From: Ostrea edulis
Taxonomy: Eukaryota
Reading direction: 5' to 3'
DNA length: 64,000 nt
Assembly (NCBI RefSeq): GCF_947568905.1
Contig: NC_079168.1
Coordinates: 60,078,001-60,142,000, forward strand
Shown: piece after piece, positions 50,275 through 61,050 of the stretch
How the letters are laid out: every line of letters starts with the position of its first letter
Numbering within the stretch: position 1 is the stretch's first letter
The notes under the pieces: generated by a model
Databases searched by the model: none
What the model was told of the DNA's origin: nothing
Seen by the model: only the letters and a program-made list of their open reading frames with translations
Made by a program: the position numbers and the translations under genes

Positions 50275-53200
50275 ATGAGTAAAGAGAAACCTACCGACAT
50301 GCTTCACGACACTGTGGACGAAGAAGAGACATCAATACGCAAAGTCGTTCTTACTGAAAAAGGTCTCGAACAGTTTGAACAAGCTGTTGAGAAATATACA
50401 CAGCGGATAGAGAAAGTATGGACTGTTGTTGATATTAACCTCAAAGGTGTAGATAAGACACCTAATGATTTAAATGCATTTCTATTCCTGAAGCAGGACA
50501 TTTCAAAACATGTGGAACAGTTGGAGAACGAGTGCCATTCTTATATGGAATTCCTAAACCGTCACAACTCCGATGTTTGTGAAGAAAAGAGAAATCACTT
50601 CAATGTGACTTTACGAAATTACAGAGTGCAAGTTGACTCTGCCATGAAAAGATTATGCATGCTAATTCAGAATAAGCAAGACACCTTGTCTACTGTGTCT
50701 TCTAGGCGCTCGAGAACTTCTAGAAATTCGCGGATTAGCCAAATTTCTTCTGCCACAGTAAAGCGAGCCAAGGCTGAAGCTCTAAAGGTCTCTATACAAT
50801 TTGCAGAAGACGAAGCACAGCTGAAGAAAAAACAAGCAGAACTCGAGTTTCAACGTGCAATAACACTAAAGCAAACAGCAGAGATAAGTGCAGAAATGGA
50901 TTTGCTAAGCGTTAAACGAGAAGCTGCAGTTTTAGATGCAGAAGCAAGTTTCCTCGAAGAAGGAGAACAACGTAGTTCGACACAAAGTGATTTAGACAAT
51001 CGACAACATAGTTCGACACAGGATGATTTATATAATCTCGGGCAAGAAAACCCTATGAAGCGTACTAGAGAATATGTTGAGAGCACAAGCCGCCCATTAG
51101 GCTGTTATGAAAACATTCAACCATTTCCGATGAATATGCACACCACAGTAGCTTCAAATGAACCACATTCGTTTCGAAATACACCTCTTCATCCTCCAAT
51201 GCCCATCAGCAATGCTCAACTTGCTCAAGAATCAAATGTGCCTGTATACTCACGAACTCCACCGCCAGATTTTGTGCAAACACCTTCGGGTCAGACTGCT
51301 TCTCAGTGTCTTGCAACAGATTTCACACAATTTCTGTTAAAAAAGGAATTGCTCTTTTCACGTCTGATCCACTTTAATGACAAGCCAGAATTCTATCCTA
51401 CATGGAAGAATAGCTTCAAATCTATCATGTTTGATCTCAAAGTCACTCCAGCAGAGGAAGTTGATCTTCTTGTTAAATGGACGGGTCCCTTATCTCAGCA
51501 GCACATGTTGAGCATCAAGGCTGCCAACTCGAACAACCCAGCTCGCGCACTTACAAGATGCTGGACCCGACTAGAAGAAAGATATGGATGCCCTGAGATG
51601 ATGGAAGCAACACTGAAGTCAAAGCTAGATACATTTCCTACTATCACTTCTAAGGACATCCATCGTTTATATGATCTGTCTGACATCATCGACGAGATAA
51701 ATGCAGCCAAGGAAGATAGCAGATACTCTTGTTTGTTGGCTTATTTCGATAGCTCTACGGGTGTGATTCCTATAGTGAGAAAGCTTCCATTCAGCCTCCA
51801 GGAAAAGTGGACAAATGTAGCGGTGAAATACATGAAGGATCATTGTGTATCATTCCCACCTTTTACAGTCTTCGCAGACTTTATTCGGGAGCAGAGTCGC
51901 ACAAAGAACAACCCATCATTCACTTACTTTATGGAATCTAAAATAGACAGTCAACAGCATGGCAAACGTGTACGTGAAAGGAATTTACATGTTTCTTCCA
52001 AGAAAACGGATATATCTCGGGCGGAGGAAGACAAAGAGGAAAGAAAATGTCCCTTGCACAATACATTTCACTCCCTTAATAAATGCAAGGGCTTCGCGAT
52101 GAAATCCCTGGAAGAAAGAAGGAAGTTCTTAAAGGACAAAAACATTTGTTTTAGATGTTGTGAATCACGATCACATAAACAAAGAGACTGTTCAGTCCCT
52201 GTGAAGTGTGACGAATGTGACAGTGCATCTCATCCCACAGCACTCCATTGTCATGCCGCAAAGAACCGATTAGAACGAAGGCATGATGGCGGGGAGAAGC
52301 ATGACTCTAAGGAAACTTCAGATGTGAAAGTTGCTTGCACTGAAATTTGTGGAAGGAACTTTGGTGGCAAGTCTTGTGCTAAAACCTTACTTGTTCGAGT
52401 ATTCCCAAAAGAACAACCCCAGCATGCAAAACTGATGTATACAGTCATTGATGATCAATCGAACCGTTCTCTTGTCAGTCCCGAGTTCTTTGAGCTGTTT
52501 AACATACAGAGTGACTCTACTTCATACATGCTCTCATCATGTGGTGGAACTATTCAGACATCGGGAAGGAAAGCAGAAGGTTTTGTTGTTGAGTCATACG
52601 ACAGTAGCTGTAAGATGAATCTACCGACTTTGATCGAATGCAGTCAGGTTCCAAATGTACGCGATGAGATTCCCACACAGGACATTGCGTTGCATTACAG
52701 CCATCTTCGTGATGTAGCAAGATTCATTCCTCCACTCGATCATGATGCGGACATTATTTTGCTCCTGGGAAGAGACATTATCCAGGCTCACCATGTCCTT
52801 GATCAACGCATTGGTTATGGTAACCAACCTTACGCACAGAAACTTCATCTTGGGTGGGCCATAATAGGTGAAACTTGTTTAGGCAAGACTCATGCACCAG
52901 CAGTGGTCAACACATACAAAACCCACTTACTAGGATCCGGTCGTGTATCATTATTTCCTCCCTGTACAAATGAGTTCAGGATTTGTGAAGATTCTAACCG
53001 ACATTATGGTTTCAGCAACAGAAACGCAGCAACACATCTTAACAATGAAGACTTTGGCAAGAATGTTTTTCAGAGGACAAAGGACGATGAAAAACCAGGC
53101 ATGTCTGTAGATGATCGTGAATTCCTTCAAATCATGCACGAAAGCCTTCAGAAGGACAACACTGGAAACTGGGTTGCCCCTCTACCCTTTCGCCAACAAC

Positions 53201-53562
53201 GATTGAAACTTCCGAACAACAGATCACTCGCTCTTAGAAGAGCCAATGCATTAGATGTCAATCTTCAGAAAAATCCAATTAAGAAAGAACATTTTCTTGC
53301 ATTCATGGACGGAATCTTGAAAAATGGCCATGCAGAGGTTGCACCACCAATATCAGAACAAGAAGAATGTTGGTTTCTTCCCATATTTGGCATATATCAC
53401 CCCAAAAAGCCTGATCAACTACGAGCCGTGTTTGACTCTTCAGCTAAATATGGAGGATTATCTTTAAATGATGTTCTTCTAACTGGGCCAGATCTTACCA
53501 ATAGTCTGCAAGGAATCAGTTGCAATCATGGGCGACATCCAGCAGATGTTTTACTGCTTTAA
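50275..53562 (+). CDS. BEL/Pao gag-protease and N-terminal RT
   Basis: Three Cys/His knuckles (CPLHNTFHSLNKC, CFRCC..SHKQRDC, CDECDSASHPTALH); protease IDDQS; RT start WFLPIFGIYHPKKPDQLRAVFDSS. Confidence 0.93.
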   Translation: MSKEKPTDMLHDTVDEEETSIRKVVLTEKGLEQFEQAVEKYTQRIEKVWTVVDINLKGVDKTPNDLNAFLFLKQDISKHVEQLENECHSYMEFLNRHNSDVCEEKRNHFNVTLRNYRVQVDSAMKRLCMLIQNKQDTLSTVSSRRSRTSRNSRISQISSATVKRAKAEALKVSIQFAEDEAQLKKKQAELEFQRAITLKQTAEISAEMDLLSVKREAAVLDAEASFLEEGEQRSSTQSDLDNRQHSSTQDDLYNLGQENPMKRTREYVESTSRPLGCYENIQPFPMNMHTTVASNEPHSFRNTPLHPPMPISNAQLAQESNVPVYSRTPPPDFVQTPSGQTASQCLATDFTQFLLKKELLFSRLIHFNDKPEFYPTWKNSFKSIMFDLKVTPAEEVDLLVKWTGPLSQQHMLSIKAANSNNPARALTRCWTRLEERYGCPEMMEATLKSKLDTFPTITSKDIHRLYDLSDIIDEINAAKEDSRYSCLLAYFDSSTGVIPIVRKLPFSLQEKWTNVAVKYMKDHCVSFPPFTVFADFIREQSRTKNNPSFTYFMESKIDSQQHGKRVRERNLHVSSKKTDISRAEEDKEERKCPLHNTFHSLNKCKGFAMKSLEERRKFLKDKNICFRCCESRSHKQRDCSVPVKCDECDSASHPTALHCHAAKNRLERRHDGGEKHDSKETSDVKVACTEICGRNFGGKSCAKTLLVRVFPKEQPQHAKLMYTVIDDQSNRSLVSPEFFELFNIQSDSTSYMLSSCGGTIQTSGRKAEGFVVESYDSSCKMNLPTLIECSQVPNVRDEIPTQDIALHYSHLRDVARFIPPLDHDADIILLLGRDIIQAHHVLDQRIGYGNQPYAQKLHLGWAIIGETCLGKTHAPAVVNTYKTHLLGSGRVSLFPPCTNEFRICEDSNRHYGFSNRNAATHLNNEDFGKNVFQRTKDDEKPGMSVDDREFLQIMHESLQKDNTGNWVAPLPFRQQRLKLPNNRSLALRRANALDVNLQKNPIKKEHFLAFMDGILKNGHAEVAPPISEQEECWFLPIFGIYHPKKPDQLRAVFDSSAKYGGLSLNDVLLTGPDLTNSLQGISCNHGRHPADVLLL

Positions 53563-56389
53563 GGTACGCGAGGATCATCGAAACTTCCTAAGGTTCTTTT
53601 GGTATGAAGAGAATGATCCAAACAGAACAATGATAGAATTCAGAATGACGGTTCATGTGTTCGGAAATAGCCCGTCACCGTCAATTGCCACTTATGGTCT
53701 TCGCAAGACAGCAGCAGTTGCTGAGCCAGAATTTGGGAAGGATGTAACTGACTTTGTAGAGAACAATTTCTACGTCGATGATGGTCTGTTATCTCTTCCT
53801 ACTGTCCCACAAGCTATTGACCTGATGAAGCGAACACAACAAGCTCTCCAGTCACAAGGCAACTTGCGATTACATAAGATAGCCTCTAACCACAAAGACG
53901 TGCTGAACGCCTTTCCAGCAGATGATTTAGCTAAAGGTATGAAGGAACTTGAATTTGGAAAGGACTCTCTTCCGAACCAACGTAGTCTAGGACTCAACTG
54001 GAACTTGGAATCTGATGTATTTTTCTTTCAAGTCGCTACGGGAGACAAACCTTACACGAAAAGAGGAGTATTATCTACGATAAACAGCATATTCGACCCC
54101 ATTGGGTTTCTTGCTCCTGTTGTACTTGAAGGAAAGAGTCTCCTGAGACACCTGGTATGTGGTGCGATCGACTGGGATGAAACGTTACCAGCAGAACAGA
54201 TGGGTGACTGGAAACGCTGGAAGGAGTCATTAGTTCATCTAGAGGATATCAAAATACCACGTACATACCTACCTGGTTCCCTGTCAAACTGTAAAGAGAA
54301 ATCGGTTCATATCTTCTGTGATGCGTCTGAACTTGCAATTGCCGCAGTTGGCTACCTGAAGACAACTTCTCAGAAAGATGAATGCAACGTCGGTTTCGTC
54401 ATGGGAAGAGCAAAACTCGCTCCACCTCATGGACACACAATTCCGCGACTGGAATTGTGTGCAGCGGTATTGGCTGTGGAACTAGCTTGTTCCATCTCAG
54501 ATCACCTTTCGATTCCGATTGATGAATTCAGTATGTATTCTGACAGTCGTGTGGTCCTTGGATACATTTATAACACATCAAGACGATTTTACACTTACGT
54601 AACCAATCGTGTGTCATTCATTCAGAAAATGACTAAACCGGTCCAGTGGTCATTTGTTCCAACGGAAAGGAATCCTGCAGATCAGGCTACTCGTGCTTTA
54701 CCAGCACAAGACTTGAAAGATAGCGCTTGGATAAAAGGACCAGCTTATCTTATAGAACAAACCCAACCCATCAATGAAACATTTGAAATCATTGACCCGG
54801 ACAACGACAAGGAAGTGAGATCAGTTGTCATCTCCAATAAAACATGTGTGACCGCTCCGTCATTGGGATCTGACAGATTCTCTAGATTCTCAACTTGGAA
54901 GAATCTCACAGAGACTTTCTCTTTGCTGAAACACATTGCAGAATCATTCCATTGCAACAGTGATTGTGCGGGGTGGCATGTGTGTTCCAAATCCAAAACT
55001 GTTGATGCCTTTCAGCAAGCAGAGTTGATGATCATCAAGGCAGTTCAACGAGAGTTTTACTTTGAAGAATATGAATCTCTAGTTCATGGCGAACCTTTAC
55101 TGAAGTCAAGTACCTTACTGTCTCTTGATGTTTTCCTTGACAACGAAGGCGTACTGAGAGTTGGAGGAAGGTTGAACAGGAGCAAGATTCCTCGCGATGT
55201 CAGAAACCCAGTCATCATTCCAGGCCGACATCACATCGCTCTGCTTCTTGTCAGACATTTCCATTCTCTTGCCAAACATCAGGGTAGACACATAACCTCT
55301 GGAACTATACGAAACGCCGGGTTTTGGATCATTGGAGGCAAACGTTTGATCTCGTCTGTCATCCATAAGTGCGTTAAGTGTAGGAAACTACGTGGACAGA
55401 TGGAGCACCAGAAGATGGCTGATCTGCCACCCGAACGTGTAGAGCCAAGCCCTCCGTTCACTTATGTAGGCCTTGACACTTTCGGTCCTTGGGAAGTGGT
55501 CACTCGGAGAACAAGAGGTGGAGCTGCACGTGCAAAACGTTGGGCCATACTCTTTACCTGTCTGGCAACTAGAGGTATCCATATCGAGGTGGTAGAAGAC
55601 ATAAGTTCATCTGCATTTATTAATGCATTCAAGCGTTTCGTTGCCATCCGTGGCAAGGTTGTACAAGTTCGTTCGGATAGGGGAACAAATTTTGTGGGTG
55701 CAACAGAAGATCTCCAAATCGACACCATAAACGTGGAAGATGGACCTGTGAAGAACTTCTTGTATAACAATGGAACAACTTGGCTATTCAACCCACCACA
55801 TTCCTCCCATATGGGAGGTGTGTGGGAGCGCTTGATTGGGGTAACGAGAAGGATTCTTGATGCAATGCTATCAGAGATACTCCCTGGTTCCTTGACACAT
55901 GAGGTTCTTACAACATTTCTTGCAGAGGCATCTGCAATAGTGAACTCACGACTTCTCGTATCGTTATCGACCGACCCTGAAAACCCTCTACCTTTGAGTC
56001 CATCCATGATGCTTACTCAAAAACCAGCCATGACGAGTATCAGTTTGCCAACAGTAGATGAGAAGAACATGTACCGTGCACAATGGAAACGTGTCCAACA
56101 CCTCGCTGAAGTGTTCTGGAGAAGATGGAAATCACAATACCTAGACACTCTACAGAGTTATCGAAAATGGAAATACGATCGGCGTAACCTTTCAGAGGGA
56201 GATGTGGTTCTGATGAGAGACAATTCAGTTGCACGCAACTATTGGCCAATGGGTATCATCACCAAAGTCTTCCCTAGTAGTGATGGCAAGGTTAGGAAGG
56301 TAGAGGTCCGAGTAGTGTATCGTGAAGGTGGATCATCGGTGTTCACGCGTCCTGTGACCGAAGTTGTGCTTTTGTTGTCTGACGATTAG
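53528..56389 (+). CDS. BEL/Pao RT-RNase H-integrase, frameshifted from the upstream ORF
   Basis: DIQQMF, FGNSPSP, YVDD, IFCDASE, IPRLELCAA, GLDTFGP, SDRGTNF, GGVWE, FWRRWKSQYL. Confidence 0.95.
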   Translation: MGDIQQMFYCFKVREDHRNFLRFFWYEENDPNRTMIEFRMTVHVFGNSPSPSIATYGLRKTAAVAEPEFGKDVTDFVENNFYVDDGLLSLPTVPQAIDLMKRTQQALQSQGNLRLHKIASNHKDVLNAFPADDLAKGMKELEFGKDSLPNQRSLGLNWNLESDVFFFQVATGDKPYTKRGVLSTINSIFDPIGFLAPVVLEGKSLLRHLVCGAIDWDETLPAEQMGDWKRWKESLVHLEDIKIPRTYLPGSLSNCKEKSVHIFCDASELAIAAVGYLKTTSQKDECNVGFVMGRAKLAPPHGHTIPRLELCAAVLAVELACSISDHLSIPIDEFSMYSDSRVVLGYIYNTSRRFYTYVTNRVSFIQKMTKPVQWSFVPTERNPADQATRALPAQDLKDSAWIKGPAYLIEQTQPINETFEIIDPDNDKEVRSVVISNKTCVTAPSLGSDRFSRFSTWKNLTETFSLLKHIAESFHCNSDCAGWHVCSKSKTVDAFQQAELMIIKAVQREFYFEEYESLVHGEPLLKSSTLLSLDVFLDNEGVLRVGGRLNRSKIPRDVRNPVIIPGRHHIALLLVRHFHSLAKHQGRHITSGTIRNAGFWIIGGKRLISSVIHKCVKCRKLRGQMEHQKMADLPPERVEPSPPFTYVGLDTFGPWEVVTRRTRGGAARAKRWAILFTCLATRGIHIEVVEDISSSAFINAFKRFVAIRGKVVQVRSDRGTNFVGATEDLQIDTINVEDGPVKNFLYNNGTTWLFNPPHSSHMGGVWERLIGVTRRILDAMLSEILPGSLTHEVLTTFLAEASAIVNSRLLVSLSTDPENPLPLSPSMMLTQKPAMTSISLPTVDEKNMYRAQWKRVQHLAEVFWRRWKSQYLDTLQSYRKWKYDRRNLSEGDVVLMRDNSVARNYWPMGIITKVFPSSDGKVRKVEVRVVYREGGSSVFTRPVTEVVLLLSDD

Positions 56390-57876
56390 GCCAACTCTAC
56401 TCTTACATGTATCTTCACATTTTATGACTGTGACTGTGTAGTTGAAATAGCAATTTAGAAGTGATGTCAAATAACATCAGGCGAGGAGTGTGCCGTCCCG
56501 GCAAGAGTTATCTTTTGACTTCTCTTATATTGAGTTATCTCTCTTTGGATATTGTTTAGTTATGAACCGCCATATTTTTTGGTTACACGTTTTTCTGACC
56601 TCGTGTTCAATATCGCAAATTGTGGCCCATCACAGTGTAAGTAGTTGAATATTCTGTTTTATCTAGTCATAGTATTAACTGGAAAGTTTGTATTGTACAT
56701 TTTGTATGTAGTAGCTTATCTAGGTGGACTATTAAGTGACCGTACTGAATGTACGATGTACCACGTGTTTCACATATTGAACGTTTGCTATCATTTTGTA
56801 AAATGAGTAGTTATGTGATGCAATCATTATTTTCTATGAGTTTGGTATTGTGTTCTGCACTGTAATCAAAGACAATAGTATAAATTTTGGAATTGCTAGT
56901 AAATTAGAATGTGGCCTTGTTCAAAATTTAAAACTATGGAAAACAGTTTGTGCCATAATTCATTCTTTAATTATGTTGTGTGTCTATTTATGGAACGCAT
57001 GTTTGGACATCAATTGTAATTGAACTTTTTGTATCTTTTACAGCTTTTTACCATCAACATCATTGTGTTATCATAATAAATTCAACTGAAACACTTTGAT
57101 CTGGTTAACTTACTGACGTTGGGGCAGTACACACTTACACCCCTGTTAACGTCTCAAGGGTTTTACAAGATTTTTGTAAAATGGCACGTATGCTCAAATA
57201 AAGTATGGTTTTGACTTCAGTTACAAAAATATACGTAAATAAATAAATATTGAGCAGATTTCAAGTCTTTTTGTGACACAAAAAGCATTGATTTGGGTTG
57301 AAACGTGGATATCGGGTAGTCCTTATTGCACCATGTCTATACATAGGTACATGAAGAATATATAGTAATGGAAAAAAAACTCTACAAATAGTTGCTTGTC
57401 CTACATTTTCCCGATATTTTATAAAATAGTTCTTAGTTTTATTAGCCGTAAAAAAGTGGATTTACATGTGGAATAACATTGCTTATTTTGAGACGTTAAC
57501 AGAGGTGTAAGTGAGAGCAAGGAACGACAACTCTGGGTAGAGATTGGGTCAAATGATCATAGATATATTTAGAGAGAGGGGGGGGGGACAGCATATGATG
57601 ATAAGCTGGTCATCAACTTTTATCACATTTGTTTGAGCATGTAATTCTCTAAAAATTAAACTTGTCGTAAAAAATACACACTGAAGTAACTACAACGAAT
57701 TGCAGAAAACCTGGATACCAATTAGGGTATCATTCTATCTCTGTAATATGAGCTTGTGAAGTAGATCTTACAGAAACGGATGCATGGATTTTCGAAGTGG
57801 GGGGGGGGGGTCAGCACTTGATCTTTTAGATACTTTTCACAACGTCCATCCGCTATTTATGTCTAATATCGCAAAG

Positions 57877-57880
<4 letters not shown>

Positions 57881-57937
<57 letters not shown>
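57881..57937. repeat. (GA)n microsatellite
   Basis: Pure GA run. Confidence 0.95.
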
Positions 57938-57939
<2 letters not shown>

Positions 57940-58226
57940 ACTCCCTGTAGGCTGGGGGCGGCCTAGGCCCCCAGAAGCTGTAGGATATATGGTGCAACTC
58001 GTGCATTCTGAACATTTCCTGGCACTTCCTTTTCACTTTCAAATTTTCTATTTCTTAAACAAATTTCTTTATGTTACATATACTTTTTAAGAATTCTTTT
58101 TAAAAGCGATACTTGCATCTGACGAAAATATCGTAAATATTTTATCAGTGTGTCGTCTTATTTATCCTAGAATTAAATGATAATTATACTGGTGTTGATG
58201 AATTTGAATGAAGCAATTAGTAGTAC

Positions 58227-59025
58227 TGAAGCGGTTGAGAGTTATTCCCCTTTGCAGTATTTTGTAAATCAAGAAATCATTGTATATAATTTGATTAACG
58301 TGTTAATTGATTAAAAGAAATTACAAGAATGAATGTTGTATGTATATAAATAAGATGAAAATGAATGTTTGGTTCAGATGAGCAAAGTAAGCTCAAAAAT
58401 CGGATTCTTGCCTATAGAAAATTATGCTTATTGACGTAAAGATCATTTATATTGGAAAAAGGCCGGGGTGCTAGTGTGAATTGATGTGTTCAACTTGCAT
58501 GACGACGAATTGTTGTCGGGCTTAATTACAAACTAGAGACCATAGTCGTGAGAGTCAGAACTAGTGTAAGTAGTTATCGTAGGTATACTACTGTTTGACA
58601 AGTGCGAGTGACCAAGTGATCACAGAGAGCCAAGTTGACTACGGGTCGTGTGGCCATACATTGTTTGCATAAGCCAAGTGGCAAGTGCGGGTGACCAAGT
58701 GGCAAGCTACCAAGTGGCAAGTGCGGGTGACCAAGTGGCAAGCTACCAAGTGGCAAGCTGCCAAGTGGTGTGAGTAAGCCAAGTGGCAAGCTGCCAAGTG
58801 GTGTGGGTAGCCAAGAGGCAGCACCTTGATTAAAATAGGCATAAGTGAGTTCTCTTTGTTAATTATAGCACTAGGCAAGTGACACAAGCATATCTGTATA
58901 TTAGAATTTGTTTTACACTAGACAAGTGTCCATTATCTGTATATTTTGCATTCGTTATTATCCTTATAAGACTTGGGCAAACCAAGTACGATCCCAAGGA
59001 GATCGCTCGGGTCTCGCACGTTACA
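58227..59025 (+). mobile_element. Candidate solo LTR with an internal CCAAGTGG tandem repeat
   Basis: TG..CA ends (TGAAGCG / CGTTACA), GTAC on both flanks, TATATAAA near 58344, repeat block at 58610-58820; the left boundary is uncertain. Confidence 0.45.
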
Positions 59026-59328
59026 GTACATTATACATGTAAGTATCTACCTGTCATATCATTTGGACTCAAAGTCTCGTTAAAATTGAATAATTCTTAA
59101 ATTGTTTGGTTCTCCAAAGGGGAGGGGGGGGGGTCAGGACGCCCTAGACCCTCCCCCTTCTGGATTCGCCCATGTCTTATGTGTTGTTTCTGCTAGGAAC
59201 TTTCATTTGCGATTACAGTCACTTGCCCTTTATAACCATCCCAATGCGAAGTAATATAAGCCTCGTCGCTTTTATTGACAACGGCAATTTCTTTCTTTTG
59301 AAATGGTAAAGAAGTTCGATTTATTGAC

Positions 59329-59330
<2 letters not shown>

Positions 59331-59386
<56 letters not shown>
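59331..59386. repeat. (CT)n microsatellite
   Basis: Pure CT run. Confidence 0.95.
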
Positions 59387-59389
<3 letters not shown>

Positions 59390-60232
59390 ATGATAGGCAG
59401 TTGAAACGGTATGTAGTGAAAATGTAAGTTTAAACAATGAATTCAGTCGTGTTTTGAAGATTTGGTATATCGAGGTTTGGCTTTAAATACGTACAGTACT
59501 TTGTTTTAATAGCGTTAGGCGTAGTTGTCAAATTACTGAGTCAACTTCTCCATCCCCTTTTGGAACTGAGGATGCAATGACGTAGCCAAATCACACTGTG
59601 GCTTCTTTGCTAGTTAAACATTATAGGTTCCAGAAATCAAAAAAAAAAAAAAAAAATGAATTGATAAAAATAAATATACGTGCATCATCCAGTGCTAGTT
59701 AATCTTTTATTTAACTTGTACATTAAAAATAATTGCCTACAAATATTAGCAGTATCATATATATATATATTTAAAAACTACAAAGATGTCCCACAGAAAG
59801 GGAGGGGGGATGCCAATCCCTGGATTCGCCATTTGGACGGAGAGTATATTTAAAGGCAAACACTTACGTGCGGGTATTACTGTCTCATGACAGTATCTAG
59901 TTGATACTGAAGTTGCATACTTGCATCTCAATCACGGTAATTTCTACTACATTACCCACGCCTCCGAAACATATGCGTCCCGCATATCAATAAAATAAAA
60001 CTTCTTTTTTTCTTTCTTTTTTTGTTTTCAAGAGAAAAATACATATCATGACATTATGGGTTCAAAATAATTGCTTCAAGCAATGAACTCTAAATATTAT
60101 ATGAAGTAGCAGTATGTTAGAAGAATATGTGTTATCTGACACTTTTATCAACAATCTTTCATTCTTCATATATGAATTCTTCCTCTTCCGTGATTTCTTC
60201 AATCTTCTTATTGTCCTGGACATAATTCGAAA

Positions 60233-60880
60233 TCACCTTGTGAACTTTTCTTTTTTCAAGACTCTGTGTTCACCGCCAACTGAACAACTAGTCTGGACAC
60301 CTCTTGTACATTTTGACCCAAATACAAACGGGGTTAGTTTCTCAGGTAAGGAAATAGGTGTCTTTCTCTTTGGGGCATGAACAGGTGCTGGGGCAGTAAT
60401 TTTTCTGATTACTCTTCTTTTCTCTGGAGATGACGTTTGAACAATATTAATTTCTGCACTTTTCTTCACCACTTGGGGACTTTGCTCTATCTCACCAGTA
60501 TCTTCTGTTTTCTTAGTTGTCTGTTTTCCAGTAACAACATCATCGTCTTCTTCATTACAATCACTTGAAGAACTACTCTCGCTGTCACTGAGACTTAATG
60601 TTTCACGAATGACGTCACCGGGATCTTGCTCCAACCAGGACTCTTGTTCCTCTTCTTTCTCGTCATTTTCTTTACTTTCCTCCTCTTTTCTTTGATCATG
60701 AAACTTTCTTTTATGGCGAATCAAGTAGACACTCTTTTTGAATAGTTTTCCACAGACATTGCATGGAAATCTTCCACCATTACAAATAAGCAAATGCTCG
60801 CTCCAACGATTACCATTTACTTCGCTTTCACATAAGGGGCATTTGTTTTCCTTTGATTTCGTGATTTTTGTGTTCGCCAT
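60233..60880 (-). CDS. Gypsy accessory ORF downstream of pol, zinc-finger protein
   Basis: ATG at 60880 after acceptor ttttcgtttcag; CPLC..HLLIC and CNVCGKLFKKSVYLIRHKRKFH, then an acidic/Ser-rich linker; probable frameshift near the C-terminus. Confidence 0.75.
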   Translation of the reverse strand: MANTKITKSKENKCPLCESEVNGNRWSEHLLICNGGRFPCNVCGKLFKKSVYLIRHKRKFHDQRKEEESKENDEKEEEQESWLEQDPGDVIRETLSLSDSESSSSSDCNEEDDDVVTGKQTTKKTEDTGEIEQSPQVVKKSAEINIVQTSSPEKRRVIRKITAPAPVHAPKRKTPISLPEKLTPFVFGSKCTRGVQTSCSVGGEHRVLKKEKFTR

Positions 60881-61050
60881 ATTGACTGAAACGAAAAGAA
60901 AATCATTTGAATTATACTCCAAGCACAGCAGCAACATTAACAATTGTTCTAATCTAACCGCGATTTAAGTTTCAAAATCATCTAACCATTTGGGTTTCCT
61001 ACGAACGCGTTTTTGTTCGTTATCATTTACTAATCCTTCTACAGAATTTA

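Larger units (their letters stand above)
49543..57131 (+). mobile_element. Full-length BEL/Pao LTR retrotransposon
   Basis: 643-bp LTRs at 49543-50185 and 56489-57131 (TG..CA; no differences seen by eye); TSD CACTT; PPT aggcgaggag before the 3' LTR. Confidence 0.97.
49505..57546. mobile_element. MULE-like MITE (about 450 bp without the insert) split by the BEL element
   Basis: 9-bp TSD GGTCAAATG at 49496-49504 and 57547-57555; about 55-bp TIRs CAATCTCTACCCAGAGTTGTCGTTCCTTGCTCTCACTT|ACACCCCTGTTAACGTCTC. Confidence 0.85.

Noticed and set aside
53500-53530. Programmed ribosomal frameshift between the BEL ORFs
   Set aside because: The break is inside RT, conserved residues are missing, and no slippery heptamer is visible; BEL elements normally have a single ORF
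50304-56249. Many antisense ORFs inside the BEL element
   Set aside because: Shadow frames of long gag/pol ORFs
58227-59025. 3' LTR of the neighbouring Gypsy element
   Set aside because: No adjacent PPT in the element's orientation; a better PPT/LTR junction lies at 59951
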